Made by a program: the position numbers and the translations under genes. A model generated the notes under the pieces. It did no database searches. It saw only the letters and a list, made by a program, of their open reading frames with translations, and was not told the origin of the DNA. 64,000 bases of DNA, from the IMG/VR virus record IMGVR_UViG_3300035659_000001; one strand, given 5' to 3'. Shown one piece after another: positions 31,301 to 40,828 of the stretch. Numbering within the stretch: position 1 is the stretch's first letter; each line of letters begins with the position of its first letter. The stretch is from a virus (Duplodnaviria; Heunggongvirae; Uroviricota; Caudoviricetes).

Positions 31301-31418
31301 TTTGAAAGACGGAACTCATATTAAATTAAAATGTGGAAGTTGTGGAAGTACAAACACAATTATAGAGAGCGGCTGCACGAAATGCGTAGATTGTGGGTCG
31401 CAAGCATGCGGAGGTTAA
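28353..31418 (+). CDS. nrdJ: class II (adenosylcobalamin-dependent) ribonucleotide reductase, intein-containing
   Basis: GGRI.AN, TLMNCF, GGYG.N, R.GAM, FNISV, AEPG, NP[intein]CGE, CLLGSLNL, TAPP.G, SNGIEP, SVSKTCN, C-terminal zinc ribbon. Confidence 0.92.
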   Translation: MNLNKFKVVSQGQQKSTILRTKIAYENWESKYRYNNETPVGTAVRCAKTLASIEKEPEKWYKLFLQTLLKFDGDIEIDENGFPNKEPLGFKATLGGRITANIGTSYKNATLMNCFINGPVSGATISYNRKSEDDSISYNVSMKTDDNPDDLSNIFLTILEQAKTLASEGGYGINFGFIRPRGSIIKGTGIKHPGIVSYMKVWDAVSDLIVKGDEDGYIDKLKNHLDESQIKDLTIITKAMARKGAMLAALPVSSPDIEEFIRAKQVKGVLTKFNISVLIDDKFMNAVIYDDFYDLHFKGKTYKRVKAVELYDLIMTSVYNRAEPGALFYDNMHKSNPVAYLGHCDSTNPCIIGKSRLATIKGLMSIEALARNGKDVELFSYNKNNNEYEIKIGRNPRKTGERKIVWKLTFKDGSCFVATPTHEIYLQNGEIKQLQLLVTGDKICTFDSFKPFEVDCVAYYGLEDVYNITVDDNYNYIVITDGDKKIESSGIVVKNCGEVPGLSSITTVCLLGSLNLTQYVFIENDSVGFNWEEYIKDISIFARMLDNVNDIANAPLPSYEYVVKKMRQFGMGISGLGSTLMMLGMPYNSKQALEFTKQVCELKENHVWQASAMLAKEKGTFEAYNAEKFQNTDYFKSDRLWDKTKLMIKAYGVRNCKSTTAPPLGNSSMICDNVSNGIEPVFLLEYERKVICKWPEGLTTENVKDVLKYHKKADFEYWRGEYSGAEYYYEPHNRGLCEISVVRDYGYQWLLDNFPKKDHSQYLTTTKDLSIHDHIAIQKVVQYYCNQSVSKTCNVPKDYSFEDFKKLYINAWLNGLVGFTAYRDDCMESVISSFEKTLEKETIIKKDIKLPEIFINGPTRIIKREGIKFYIHFSYLPEDTEMKFPICLWLYSNSREFGQTKICNRASRKLAHLALEKGIDSNLIVQCVSKAQKDYSYNRLGRMVSLCLRHNVKREDILIALVGIEGDYISSLLTAVRKFIALTLKDGTHIKLKCGSCGSTNTIIESGCTKCVDCGSQACGG
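29400..29837 (+). mobile_element. 146-aa mini-intein in the RNR active-site motif
   Basis: CIIGKSRLAT...ATPTH (block B)...EDVYNITV..GIVVKN/C; no room for an endonuclease domain. Confidence 0.9.
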
Positions 31419-32494
31419 AAGTTGTGGTTGAATGCAAAATTTGTAACAAAACTTATAAAAGCAATGTATCTGGAGTATTAACTAACCATGTTCTTAATGT
31501 TCATAATATGACGTTGCAAGATTATATAGTAGTATTTGAATACAAGAATATTGAACCCAAATGCGAGTGCGGATGTGGTAACAGACCAGTTTTTAGACGA
31601 AGTAAATTTCTTAAATATGCTGAAGGTCACAAAACAGTTAATAATTTTAAAGAACAATATATTAAATCTTTTGGTGAGCCTAAATGTTTAAATTGTGGTA
31701 AATTATTAAAATTTAAAAGAAAAAGAAGAAAAGTTGCAAAATTTTGTTCTCATAAATGTGTTGGAGCATTCAATAAACAAATAATAATTGATAAAATGAG
31801 ACCTAAAATAATTGAAAAATGGAAAGAAAAAGATTATAGAAAATTAAAAGTACAACAAGCAAAAGAAATGTGGAAAATTGAGGGATTTGCAGAAAACATT
31901 AAAAATAAACGGAAGATAAGATTTCAAAATACAGATTATAAAACACAATATATACAAAAACATAAAGATTGTTGTACTACTGAAGTAAAACAGAAAATTA
32001 GTAATACTTTAAAAGTTATTCTTAAAAATACTAAATATAAAAAATTTAGAAGTGATTATTTAAAACAACAGTGGCAAAATAAAGAATATGTTGACAAGTT
32101 AATGAATAGCTTAAAATTAACATTAAAAAATAGATTATCAAAGCTTCATGTTAAAATAAGAACTGAACTAAATTTAGATAAATATGGCTTTCAATCGGAA
32201 CAACACATTAATAGATATATAGTTGACGAAATAAATAAAGAAAAAAAAATAATAATTGAAATAAATGGTAATTATGTGCATGCAAATCCAAGACTTTTTA
32301 AAGAAAATGATATTATCAGATTGCCGTCGCAACAATACACTGCTCAGCAAAAATGGAAAAAAGATAATGAAAAAATAAATAATTTAAAACAAATGGGTTT
32401 TAGAGTATTAGTCATTTGGCAATATGATTTTTTTAATAATTTGCAAGATGTTAAAAACAAGCTTAATAGCTTAATAGATGATAGTCATTTGTAA
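31331..32494 (+). CDS. free-standing homing endonuclease (zinc fingers + Vsr/DUF559-like PD-(D/E)XK domain)
   Basis: CKIC..H, CECGCG, CSHKC; VDE...IIEINGNYVHANP...GFRVLVIW; real start probably ~31420. Confidence 0.78.
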   Translation: MWKLWKYKHNYRERLHEMRRLWVASMRRLKVVVECKICNKTYKSNVSGVLTNHVLNVHNMTLQDYIVVFEYKNIEPKCECGCGNRPVFRRSKFLKYAEGHKTVNNFKEQYIKSFGEPKCLNCGKLLKFKRKRRKVAKFCSHKCVGAFNKQIIIDKMRPKIIEKWKEKDYRKLKVQQAKEMWKIEGFAENIKNKRKIRFQNTDYKTQYIQKHKDCCTTEVKQKISNTLKVILKNTKYKKFRSDYLKQQWQNKEYVDKLMNSLKLTLKNRLSKLHVKIRTELNLDKYGFQSEQHINRYIVDEINKEKKIIIEINGNYVHANPRLFKENDIIRLPSQQYTAQQKWKKDNEKINNLKQMGFRVLVIWQYDFFNNLQDVKNKLNSLIDDSHL

Positions 32495-32542
32495 ATAGTT
32501 TATAGTGCATTTATTAATTTTAAAATTAAAGGAAAAATTTAT

Positions 32543-33007
32543 ATGAATGATCCAAAGATGTATGTAGAAAAATTATTTGAAGATGCAAAATTGCCCGTTA
32601 GAGCAAATCCAACAGATTCAGGTGCAGATGTATTTGCTTATAAATTTGAAAAATTTGACGATGATGTTACAACTATAACATTGGGTTCTAGACAAAGAGT
32701 ATTAGTAAATACTGGAATATCTGCTACTGTTGGTCTTGGTTATGAAATTCAAGTCAGACCTCGCAGCGGAAACGCTCTTAAAAAAGGACTCACAGTTTTA
32801 AACACACCGGGCACAATCGATGAAGCTTACAGAGGCCCTATCGGCGTGATAATAATCAATTTAAGTGATGAGCCTCAAATAATTACTGTTGGTGATAAAA
32901 TTGCTCAATTAGTTGTATGTCCCGTCATTTTAGCTGAAATTATAGAAGTTGATTCTTTAAATATAACTGAAAGAAATGAAGGTGGCTTTGGTCATACAGG
33001 AACTTAA
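32543..33007 (+). CDS. dut: trimeric dUTPase
   Basis: SGAD, QVRPRSG, PGTIDEAYRG, KIAQLV, RNEGGFGHTG. Confidence 0.97.
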   Translation: MNDPKMYVEKLFEDAKLPVRANPTDSGADVFAYKFEKFDDDVTTITLGSRQRVLVNTGISATVGLGYEIQVRPRSGNALKKGLTVLNTPGTIDEAYRGPIGVIIINLSDEPQIITVGDKIAQLVVCPVILAEIIEVDSLNITERNEGGFGHTGT

Positions 33008-33024
33008 CAAGAAAGGGTGTCAAA

Positions 33025-33654
33025 ATGCGTAGTTTAATTGCTTTTTTATTGTTTTTAGTAGTGTCTTTTTTTAGCTGTTCAAATCAAACATCAACAACTT
33101 CAAATTCTTATGGAGGTAACATGCTTGTTATAACAAATCAATCAGAACATCATGTTTTTATTGACTACAATCAACCAATATCATTGTTTGTAGAGGCAAA
33201 TGGCGAAGGTGAATTATCGTATCAATGGAAAATATCAGATGAAAATGGTGATTTTGTAGACGTTCTTGGAGCAACAAGTACTACTTTTTCAAAACCATCA
33301 GCTGAATTAGAAGATCATGGTAAAATGTATGTTTGTGTTGTAGCAGATGCAAGTACATCTGTTGAAAGCAATTACATGATTACTATGATAGACAAAATAC
33401 CTCCTGTTATGGTAGTTCAACCTGAAGATGTGACAATTAATGTTGGTGAAACACTTAACTTATATTCAGAAGCAGCAGGAACAGAGCCGCTTAATCCAGT
33501 ATGGAAGAAAAATGGTATTGAAATTCCTGAAGCAACTAGCAATTTACTTGAAATATCAAATGTTCAATTATCTGATGCTGGACAATATACTTGTGAAATT
33601 AGTAATGATTTTGGTGCAGTAATATCTAACACTATTACAGTTACTGTATATTAA
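33025..33654 (+). CDS. lipoprotein with two Ig-like (I-set) domains
   Basis: FFSC lipobox; YQW, D.G.Y.C, W.KNG..I, SDAGQYTC. Confidence 0.82.
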   Translation: MRSLIAFLLFLVVSFFSCSNQTSTTSNSYGGNMLVITNQSEHHVFIDYNQPISLFVEANGEGELSYQWKISDENGDFVDVLGATSTTFSKPSAELEDHGKMYVCVVADASTSVESNYMITMIDKIPPVMVVQPEDVTINVGETLNLYSEAAGTEPLNPVWKKNGIEIPEATSNLLEISNVQLSDAGQYTCEISNDFGAVISNTITVTVY

Positions 33655-33670
33655 AATAGGAGAGTTATAT

Positions 33671-33817
33671 ATGCCTCGCTGTTTACATTGCAGTCATGAA
33701 TATGAAGTAAAAAAAGACGAAGTTGATGATGGTTTTTGTTCTTTTGAATGTTGGGAATCTGTAAATTGCGGAGAGCCTGAAATGCTTGAAAAAGCATTTG
33801 TTATTGAAGAAGATTGA
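33671..33817 (+). CDS. 48-aa zinc-finger protein (not in ORF track)
   Basis: AGGAG RBS; MPRCLHC...GFCSFECW. Confidence 0.6.
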   Translation: MPRCLHCSHEYEVKKDEVDDGFCSFECWESVNCGEPEMLEKAFVIEED

Positions 33818-33964
33818 ACGTAATTGCTGTTTGACATAGCTGCTACTGTTTTTAAATGTAAATTGTTGTTATTTTTGTGTAAATAATAAAAATAACAACG
33901 TTCATAATTAATAATGAACGGATATTTATGATAACTTTCTTATTTTTTGTATTATGTGTTATTT

Positions 33965-34978
33965 ATGAATACTTTAAAATTAAAATATCAAACTAATAAA
34001 GAGTCTAAAAACATCATTTTAAATTACATGAAAAATCAAAATAATGTAATAAAATTCCTATACAATAGATTACAAGAGAACAAATTACTCTCACAAATAC
34101 AGCTCACTTCACTAGCTAATTCCATGAACAACATTTTCATAGACTCTTGGTTCAAACAAAGTGCTATGTATAAAGCTAAAGAATTGGATGAGAATGAAAA
34201 AGTGATATTTGGTGGCAAGAAATTGTTTTTTGAACGACTTAAGAAAAGAATAACAAAAGAAGAATTTCAAATAAAAAAATTGCTACCATTACATATTATT
34301 GGTGAGGCTTGCAAGAGTGGTAATCGTAAGTTTGAGTTTAATATTATTGAAGAGAATAAATTAATATTTAAACCTTGTTTTAAAACAAAAATAGAGCTTC
34401 AATTACCCAAATTAAGAAAAAACTACCAAAAAATACTATTTAAATTAGAACAAGCTACTACTGACAAAAAGTTACCAGTTACTATCTCGTTAGATTTAGA
34501 TTTTATTTATATCACTTACGATGAGAATTTTCTAAAACAAGAAATTGCAAGCAAAGTTAAAAATAGAATCATGACGCTTGATTTAAATCCTAATTTTATA
34601 GGTTTTTCCATAATTGATTGGAAAGAAGAAGATAGTAAGAGTATAATAAAGACGGGCTGTATAAGTATCAAGCAATTAAATGATAAACAATTTGAATTAA
34701 AAGATCTCAAAGTAAGTAGCGAAGATAGTAGAATGAAATATTTAGTCAATAAAAGAGTATTTGAAACATTTGAAGTAGCTAAATATTTAGTTAACATGGC
34801 TAGGCAATATCATGTAGAGAGTTTTGGTATAGAAGAATTGTCAATTAAGTCGAGTGACAAGGGAAAAGGAAGCAAGTATAATAGGTTAGTGAATAATTTA
34901 TGGAATAGAGGGAAATTAGTAAGTAATATAGAAAAGCGACTAAATATTTGTGGTATTAAACTAAGTGAGTTTTTATGA
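33965..34978 (+). pseudogene. tnpB: TnpB/Cas12f-like RNA-guided nuclease, C-terminally truncated
   Basis: RuvC-I LDLNP..IG and RuvC-II IEEL present; zinc finger and RuvC-III missing. Confidence 0.72.
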
Positions 34979-36198
34979 ACAAATACCTTAAAATAGGTGA
35001 TAAACTCAGAATGTCTACAAAACTAATAATTGCGTCAGATCTTCATATCGGAGAATATGCTTTTGGCAAAATTGATCCAGAAACAGGACTTAATACTCGC
35101 TTATTAGATTTCTTAGATAACTTTAATCAAGCAATCGATATTGCAATAACTAAAAAAGTTAATGCATTTATAATTGTTGGTGACATTTACAGAGTTAAAC
35201 ATCCCAGTTCTAAAATAAGAAAACAATTTGCTACTAAACTCACAAAAATCATTCAAGCGAATATCAAAGTAATACTAATAACTGGCAACCATGACATGAC
35301 AACTAGCTCAGACGGTGCTCATGCTATGTCTGAAATGGAAGAGTTGTCGCCTCTAATTGATCAATTAACTGTTGTGTCTTCACCGTCAATAATAGATATA
35401 GATAATACAAGATTATATTGTTTACCGTTTGTAAATAGAGGTGAGCAAGAACTATTGACGCCTGAAGATTTTTTAAAATTTCAAAAACAAAAAATTCAAG
35501 AGTTTAATGATGTTAATGATAATGATTATTACTCTATATTTTTTGGTCATTTTGGAACTGATAAATCAGAAGTTGGTAATAGCTTTGATTTAGACATGTC
35601 GTCTAATGAATTTGAAAACATGGTACAATTGTCAGATTTTGGAAAAAAATGGACAAAAATCTATCTTGGCCACATTCATAAACATCAAGAATTTAATAAT
35701 ATTGCGAGACATGTTGGATCAATTGGTAGAGTTGATTTTTCAGAAGAAGATGAGCAAAAAGGTTTTTATTTTTATGAAGATGGTTATGATGAATTTATAC
35801 CAATAAAAGATCGAGAATTTAAAACATTTCAATTAAATTTGAAAGATGAGCAATGTAAAGAGCAATTAAACAAGTTTTTTAAAGACATACAAAAAATTGA
35901 TTTGTCAAATTCAATCGTAAGAATAAAAACAAACGTTATACAGACATATTATCCTCTTGTAAAATTTGATAAAATTGAATCATATCTAAGAGCTAATTGC
36001 TGGCATTTTACTAATATAGATATTAATGTAATTGCAAAAGAAGATATTAATGAGAATGTTGAGAAGATAACTAGTACTGATTTACCAATTGAAGCTTTGA
36101 AAAAATATGTTGAAAAACATCCTGATAGATATAAAGGTATTGAAGAAAAAATGATTACTAAGGGTCGAGAAATTTTAACAATCGTGAAAAATAAATGA
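34975..36198 (+). CDS. SbcD/Mre11-like exonuclease subunit
   Basis: SDLHIG, VGDIY, TGNHD, GH, YLGHIHK, GS....FSE. Confidence 0.9.
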   Translation: MNKYLKIGDKLRMSTKLIIASDLHIGEYAFGKIDPETGLNTRLLDFLDNFNQAIDIAITKKVNAFIIVGDIYRVKHPSSKIRKQFATKLTKIIQANIKVILITGNHDMTTSSDGAHAMSEMEELSPLIDQLTVVSSPSIIDIDNTRLYCLPFVNRGEQELLTPEDFLKFQKQKIQEFNDVNDNDYYSIFFGHFGTDKSEVGNSFDLDMSSNEFENMVQLSDFGKKWTKIYLGHIHKHQEFNNIARHVGSIGRVDFSEEDEQKGFYFYEDGYDEFIPIKDREFKTFQLNLKDEQCKEQLNKFFKDIQKIDLSNSIVRIKTNVIQTYYPLVKFDKIESYLRANCWHFTNIDINVIAKEDINENVEKITSTDLPIEALKKYVEKHPDRYKGIEEKMITKGREILTIVKNK

Positions 36199-37778
36199 AA
36201 ATTGATTATGTAGAAAAACATACTATTTTTGAAACTATTGTCGGTAGTCAAGCTTACGGCATTGATACTCCTGAATCTGATATTGATAAAGCTGGTGTAA
36301 TGATACCAGATCAAGCATATTTTCTGGGTCTAAATAGATTTGAACAGTTTGACGATTATCCTGAAGAAGATAAAGTCATGTATGATATAAGAAAAGCTTT
36401 AAAACTTATAGCAGACAACAATCCAAACTGCTTAGATTTATTATGTTCGCCAGAGCGGTGTATAACGAAAATGACACCGTATTGGCAAGAAATTGTCGAA
36501 AATAAAGATTTATTTATATCTAAAAAAGCAAGATTTACTTTTTCGAGCTATGCAATTGCTCAATTAGAACGAATAAAAATGCATCGCAAGTTTTTATTAG
36601 CTCCGATAAAAAATAAACCTTTACGATCTGATTATGGATTGCCTGAACATTCATCATTTCCATCTGTGCAATTGAAATCTATAGTTCAAGCTACAATGCA
36701 TGACTTTTTAATGGAAGAACATAAAGAAGACTTTTTTCATGAATTAGACGGTATTTATGGTGATTATTTAATGCCATTGTTTGCAAAATTTTCAAAAGAA
36801 ACTCATAGAAATGTTGCAATGGAATGGATTCAAGAAACTCAAAAATCACAAATCAACACGCTATTGCATTTAGGACCTTCTTATATTAAAGAAGAATTCA
36901 TAGATTTAGCTGAAAAAGAGCTTAGATATTTTGTTGCAAATCAAGAATATGAACGTTATCAGCAATGGTCAAAGACACGAAACCCTAAAAGAGCTATTCT
37001 TGAAGCAAGATTCGGCTATGACACTAAACATGCCGGGCATCTTGTGCGCTTAATGAGAATGGGAGTTGAGATATTGCAGACTGGAAAAGTTAATGTTGAT
37101 CGAACACAAATTGATTCTGTTGAGTTGAAAGAGATTAAAAATGGTGCATGGTCGTATGAGCAACTAGAACAATATGCTAAAGATACAGATAATAAATTAA
37201 CTGATTTATATAATTCATGCAAATTACAAAAATCAGCTCAAATTGAAAAAATAAATGAATTATGTATAAAGATTGTAGATCAGTATTTATCTACAACAAA
37301 AAAGAAAATAAGAGACAAAACTATAACTACACTTGCTGCCGATTGTTTTGCTGGTTTAGAAGCACATGATACTGTAGTTTCAAGACTTTACATAAGTAAC
37401 AATTTAATGACAAAAGATTTTTTGAAATACGCTAATGATTCATACGATAACCGTATATGGGGTGCAAATCTTCAAGTAATGAATGACGTTGAAAATACTA
37501 TAATTGTTAAGTCAGAATATAAGTGTGGTAGTTTTTCACAAACATCATTGTTTAATGATAATGAAATAATAGAACCTATACGTCATGGTGATAAAGATCC
37601 AACTTGTTCAGTTTGCAAAATTATTAAAAAATTAGGATTACAATCAAATGTGTCAACGAAAAAAGTAATTGAATTATTAGATTATGAACATTGCCCTCAT
37701 TGCTATGGTAGTTTTTCATTCTCAAAACCTGAAAATGCAATTTGTCCATTCTGTAAAAAGTCAATAATAGGAGAATAA
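36195..37778 (+). CDS. Pol-beta-superfamily nucleotidyltransferase (YcgL/RlaP type) with C-terminal extension
   Basis: VGSQAYG..TPESDID, NNPN, YDTKHA.HLVRL, L.EIK.G; extra ~160 aa ending in CxxC pairs. Confidence 0.87.
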   Translation: MKIDYVEKHTIFETIVGSQAYGIDTPESDIDKAGVMIPDQAYFLGLNRFEQFDDYPEEDKVMYDIRKALKLIADNNPNCLDLLCSPERCITKMTPYWQEIVENKDLFISKKARFTFSSYAIAQLERIKMHRKFLLAPIKNKPLRSDYGLPEHSSFPSVQLKSIVQATMHDFLMEEHKEDFFHELDGIYGDYLMPLFAKFSKETHRNVAMEWIQETQKSQINTLLHLGPSYIKEEFIDLAEKELRYFVANQEYERYQQWSKTRNPKRAILEARFGYDTKHAGHLVRLMRMGVEILQTGKVNVDRTQIDSVELKEIKNGAWSYEQLEQYAKDTDNKLTDLYNSCKLQKSAQIEKINELCIKIVDQYLSTTKKKIRDKTITTLAADCFAGLEAHDTVVSRLYISNNLMTKDFLKYANDSYDNRIWGANLQVMNDVENTIIVKSEYKCGSFSQTSLFNDNEIIEPIRHGDKDPTCSVCKIIKKLGLQSNVSTKKVIELLDYEHCPHCYGSFSFSKPENAICPFCKKSIIGE

Positions 37779-37780
37779 TA

Positions 37781-38614
37781 ATGGTTTTAACTGGTCTGGA
37801 AATAATAAATCAAGTAAATTTAGGTAACATTTTTATTAGTGATTTTGATAAAAAACGAGTGAATCCGAATTCATATAATTTACGTTTACATAATGAACTG
37901 AAAACTTATAATAATGTTGCACAAGATTATTTAAACACAATGCCTATAAAATTTTTAGACATGAAAAAGCAAAATGATACAACTACTATTATTATTCCTG
38001 AAGAAGGAATGATTCTTTATCCTAATATTCTTTATCTTGGTCGAACTCTTGAAATGACACGAACAAATGGATTTGTACCTCAAATTGAAGGTCGAAGCTC
38101 TATTGCAAGATTAGGAATAGACATTCATAAAACTGCTGGATGGGGTGATGATGGATTTGAAAATTATTGGACATTAGAAATTGTAGCTACGCATCCAGTA
38201 AAGATATATCCATTTGTTGAATTTTGTCAGATCATTTATATGAAAACTTTCGGTGATAATTCAATAAAATACAAAGGTAAATATCAAAAAACAAACAGTA
38301 TTGATGTTAGTAAAATATATGAAGAATTTAACAATCCAATTGAATTGTATTATTGTGACAATCCCAGTCATATAACAAAAATTGTTTTGCCGACGGGTGA
38401 AACAATTTATCGTGAAAAAGACACTATTGATTTTTTTAAAGTTCGACCATTTATCGGTCACGATTTAGTTTTATTTGTATCATGTAGTGTGACGTCTGAT
38501 TATGTTAAAGAGCCCGAAGTAAAAAAATTATTGTCAGTCGAAATAGATAAAGATTTGTCTAGTAAATATAGCAAAGACATTTACTATTTGCATTATGATA
38601 AGAAGGTTCTATGA
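37781..38614 (+). CDS. dcd: dCTP deaminase
   Basis: NPNSYNLRL, EGRSSIARLG, TAG.GD.GF...WTLE, Y.GKYQ. Confidence 0.93.
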   Translation: MVLTGLEIINQVNLGNIFISDFDKKRVNPNSYNLRLHNELKTYNNVAQDYLNTMPIKFLDMKKQNDTTTIIIPEEGMILYPNILYLGRTLEMTRTNGFVPQIEGRSSIARLGIDIHKTAGWGDDGFENYWTLEIVATHPVKIYPFVEFCQIIYMKTFGDNSIKYKGKYQKTNSIDVSKIYEEFNNPIELYYCDNPSHITKIVLPTGETIYREKDTIDFFKVRPFIGHDLVLFVSCSVTSDYVKEPEVKKLLSVEIDKDLSSKYSKDIYYLHYDKKVL

Positions 38615-38829
38615 AGTTATATGGTTATGAAGAAGTTCGCGAAAATTTGTTGACAATGCAAGAAGTTTCAATTTGTGCTAATTCAGAAGAATTGATGATG
38701 ATTAGTAGATTTTTCTTAAAAGCTTCACGAAGATTTTCAGAAGCTTCATCAAGAGAAAGTCATATTCATTTTAAAGATTTTACTAATAATCAAAGCTTGC
38801 CAGTAGACATTGTGATCGTTAAAGAGTAA
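38611..38829 (+). CDS. Imm32-like immunity-family protein
   Basis: MKLYGY...EVSI.A..EEL..I..F...A......H.H..D pattern. Confidence 0.55.
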   Translation: MKLYGYEEVRENLLTMQEVSICANSEELMMISRFFLKASRRFSEASSRESHIHFKDFTNNQSLPVDIVIVKE

Positions 38830-38867
38830 TTTACAAAGACTTTGATTTTTCATTTGACTATCTATCT

Positions 38868-39515
38868 ATGAATGCAAATATTTTACCTCAATACAATGTA
38901 ATGTATCTTGACAAAGACTTGCTAGATGAAACAGGAAATTTAAAAATTTTAAATTCATCGTTTTATTCAAATATTCCAATAGAACATTTAATAGTATGGT
39001 GTCATCATAAAGGTATTTATTGTTTACCGACAACTGAGTTAATTGAGTGGCTAAAGCCACATATAATTCTTAATAAAACAATTGAAATTGGCGCTGGCAA
39101 TGGTGCTATAGGTCGTGAGCTTAATGTTCCGATAACAGATGCTTGTTTGATGAGAAAGCCTGAAATAGCTATGTATTATAAAATAATAGGACAGCCTGTT
39201 ACAAATTATCCAGATGACATTATTGAACTTGATGCTGTTAAAGCAATTGATTTTTATAAGCCGTCAGTTGTGATTGGTTCTTGGATTACTCATAGATATG
39301 AAGAAGAGCAGAGTCATCGAGGTGGCAATGCGTATGGCGTAGATGAAAATTTTGTTATTGAAAATGTCAATAAATATATTATGATTGGTAATGAAAGTGT
39401 TCATAAATTAAAACCAATTCTTGAATTATCACATAAAGAATATAAATTTCCGTGGCTTTACAGTAGATCGTTAAGCTATGAAAATAATGTAATTTATGTT
39501 TGGGAAAAAGTATGA
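38868..39515 (+). CDS. methyltransferase-like protein
   Basis: PT.ELI.WL...IEIGAGNG. Confidence 0.6.
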   Translation: MNANILPQYNVMYLDKDLLDETGNLKILNSSFYSNIPIEHLIVWCHHKGIYCLPTTELIEWLKPHIILNKTIEIGAGNGAIGRELNVPITDACLMRKPEIAMYYKIIGQPVTNYPDDIIELDAVKAIDFYKPSVVIGSWITHRYEEEQSHRGGNAYGVDENFVIENVNKYIMIGNESVHKLKPILELSHKEYKFPWLYSRSLSYENNVIYVWEKV

Positions 39516-39698
39516 GAATAAAGTCAACTCACATGCTACCAAAATGTAAACATTGCGGTAAAGAGCGCGGATTACACTTAGCGAGGACGTTTCATTGTCC
39601 GTTGGATAAAATTACTAGAACTACTAGAACTGGTATAACTGCTTTTCATCGCAGTTAAGTATATGAGCCAAAAATTGTCGATAAAATAAGGAGTAAAA

Positions 39699-40301
39699 AT
39701 GTTAAATAAGTTATTACAAAAACCAAAAAAAATAGATCATGTTATGTTTGCAACTGGTTGTTTTTTGGGAATATTTCCAGAGGGTAGTATATTTGGCGAC
39801 TATAAGTATATTTTTGAAACTGAAAATGAAATTAACAGTATGTTGCAGTCAATAATGTCGTCGCTTCAATTAAAAGGCATGATTTTTTATATGGACGCAG
39901 ATCATGTTGTATGGAATGATGATTTTAAAGTGAATACATTTTTACAAGAGAAAGAAAAGCAAAAAGAGAATAAGAAATTATTAGCAAAAAAATCAGCTAT
40001 TGCTAAGAGTGCTTTAAGAAAATTTGTTAATGTTTCTCAAATAATTGAAGGCTGTGGATTAAAAGTAAAAGTTAAAAGTGTAGATGCTGCTACTATGAGT
40101 ATTTATACAACAGTCATTTCAAACGATAAGTGGGAACATGTTTTTGATGTAAATGAAGAAGTGATGTGGCACTTTAATAGTTGCGATAATGAGAATTTTA
40201 TTATTTTTGAGGCTGATTCAAAGAATCAAGAAAATGGTCAAGGCGCTCAGAGTTTGTTATATATTATTGATGGTAAATGTTCTGTTGAGAGAGATTCTTA
40301 A
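39699..40301 (+). CDS. hypothetical protein
   Basis: ORF track; AGGAG RBS. Confidence 0.6.
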   Translation: MLNKLLQKPKKIDHVMFATGCFLGIFPEGSIFGDYKYIFETENEINSMLQSIMSSLQLKGMIFYMDADHVVWNDDFKVNTFLQEKEKQKENKKLLAKKSAIAKSALRKFVNVSQIIEGCGLKVKVKSVDAATMSIYTTVISNDKWEHVFDVNEEVMWHFNSCDNENFIIFEADSKNQENGQGAQSLLYIIDGKCSVERDS

Positions 40302-40337
40302 GGAGTTTATAGATTTTTAATAAAACTGATACTTTAT

Positions 40338-40583
40338 ATGAAACATTTTACCATAATTCAACATGAGTTTTTAAAAATTGCTAAAACTACGTATTACAAT
40401 AAATGGTGGAACATGCCATTATTGCGGCAACAAATGTACCTTGAAGATCATCCAAAATCTAAAAAACAAATATCAGGCAAACCAACAAAAAGAAAAAGAC
40501 GTAAACTTAAAATCAAACATTTAAAGACGTTTACTCATTTAACGAATCAATTACCTCATAAAACAATACCAACTATTCGTTAA
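40338..40583 (+). CDS. MKHLA-leader family protein 1 (leader plus basic tail)
   Basis: MKHFTIIQHEFLKIA...W..M....Q..YL..HPKSK. Confidence 0.7.
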   Translation: MKHFTIIQHEFLKIAKTTYYNKWWNMPLLRQQMYLEDHPKSKKQISGKPTKRKRRKLKIKHLKTFTHLTNQLPHKTIPTIR

Positions 40584-40828
40584 GAACGCATTACTCGAAT
40601 TATTGCAGTGGGATTGTACATTGCAAAACCAACAATTTCTTGCATAGTCCAATCTTGCAAAGGTGGTGTTTCATGGACGATATCATCATCAAATGTACTC
40701 GACTTCTATTTCATCATTAGCTAAAAAAAATAAATTTTTCATTTGACTTAATTTTTGTTTAATAAATATTATATATATATATATGCAACTGCAAAATTTA
40801 ATAAAATTTAAGAATAGGATGGATTGTT

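Noticed and set aside
32543-38614. Uracil-containing DNA suggested by dCTP deaminase
   Set aside because: An intact dUTPase is also encoded, which points to ordinary dTMP supply.
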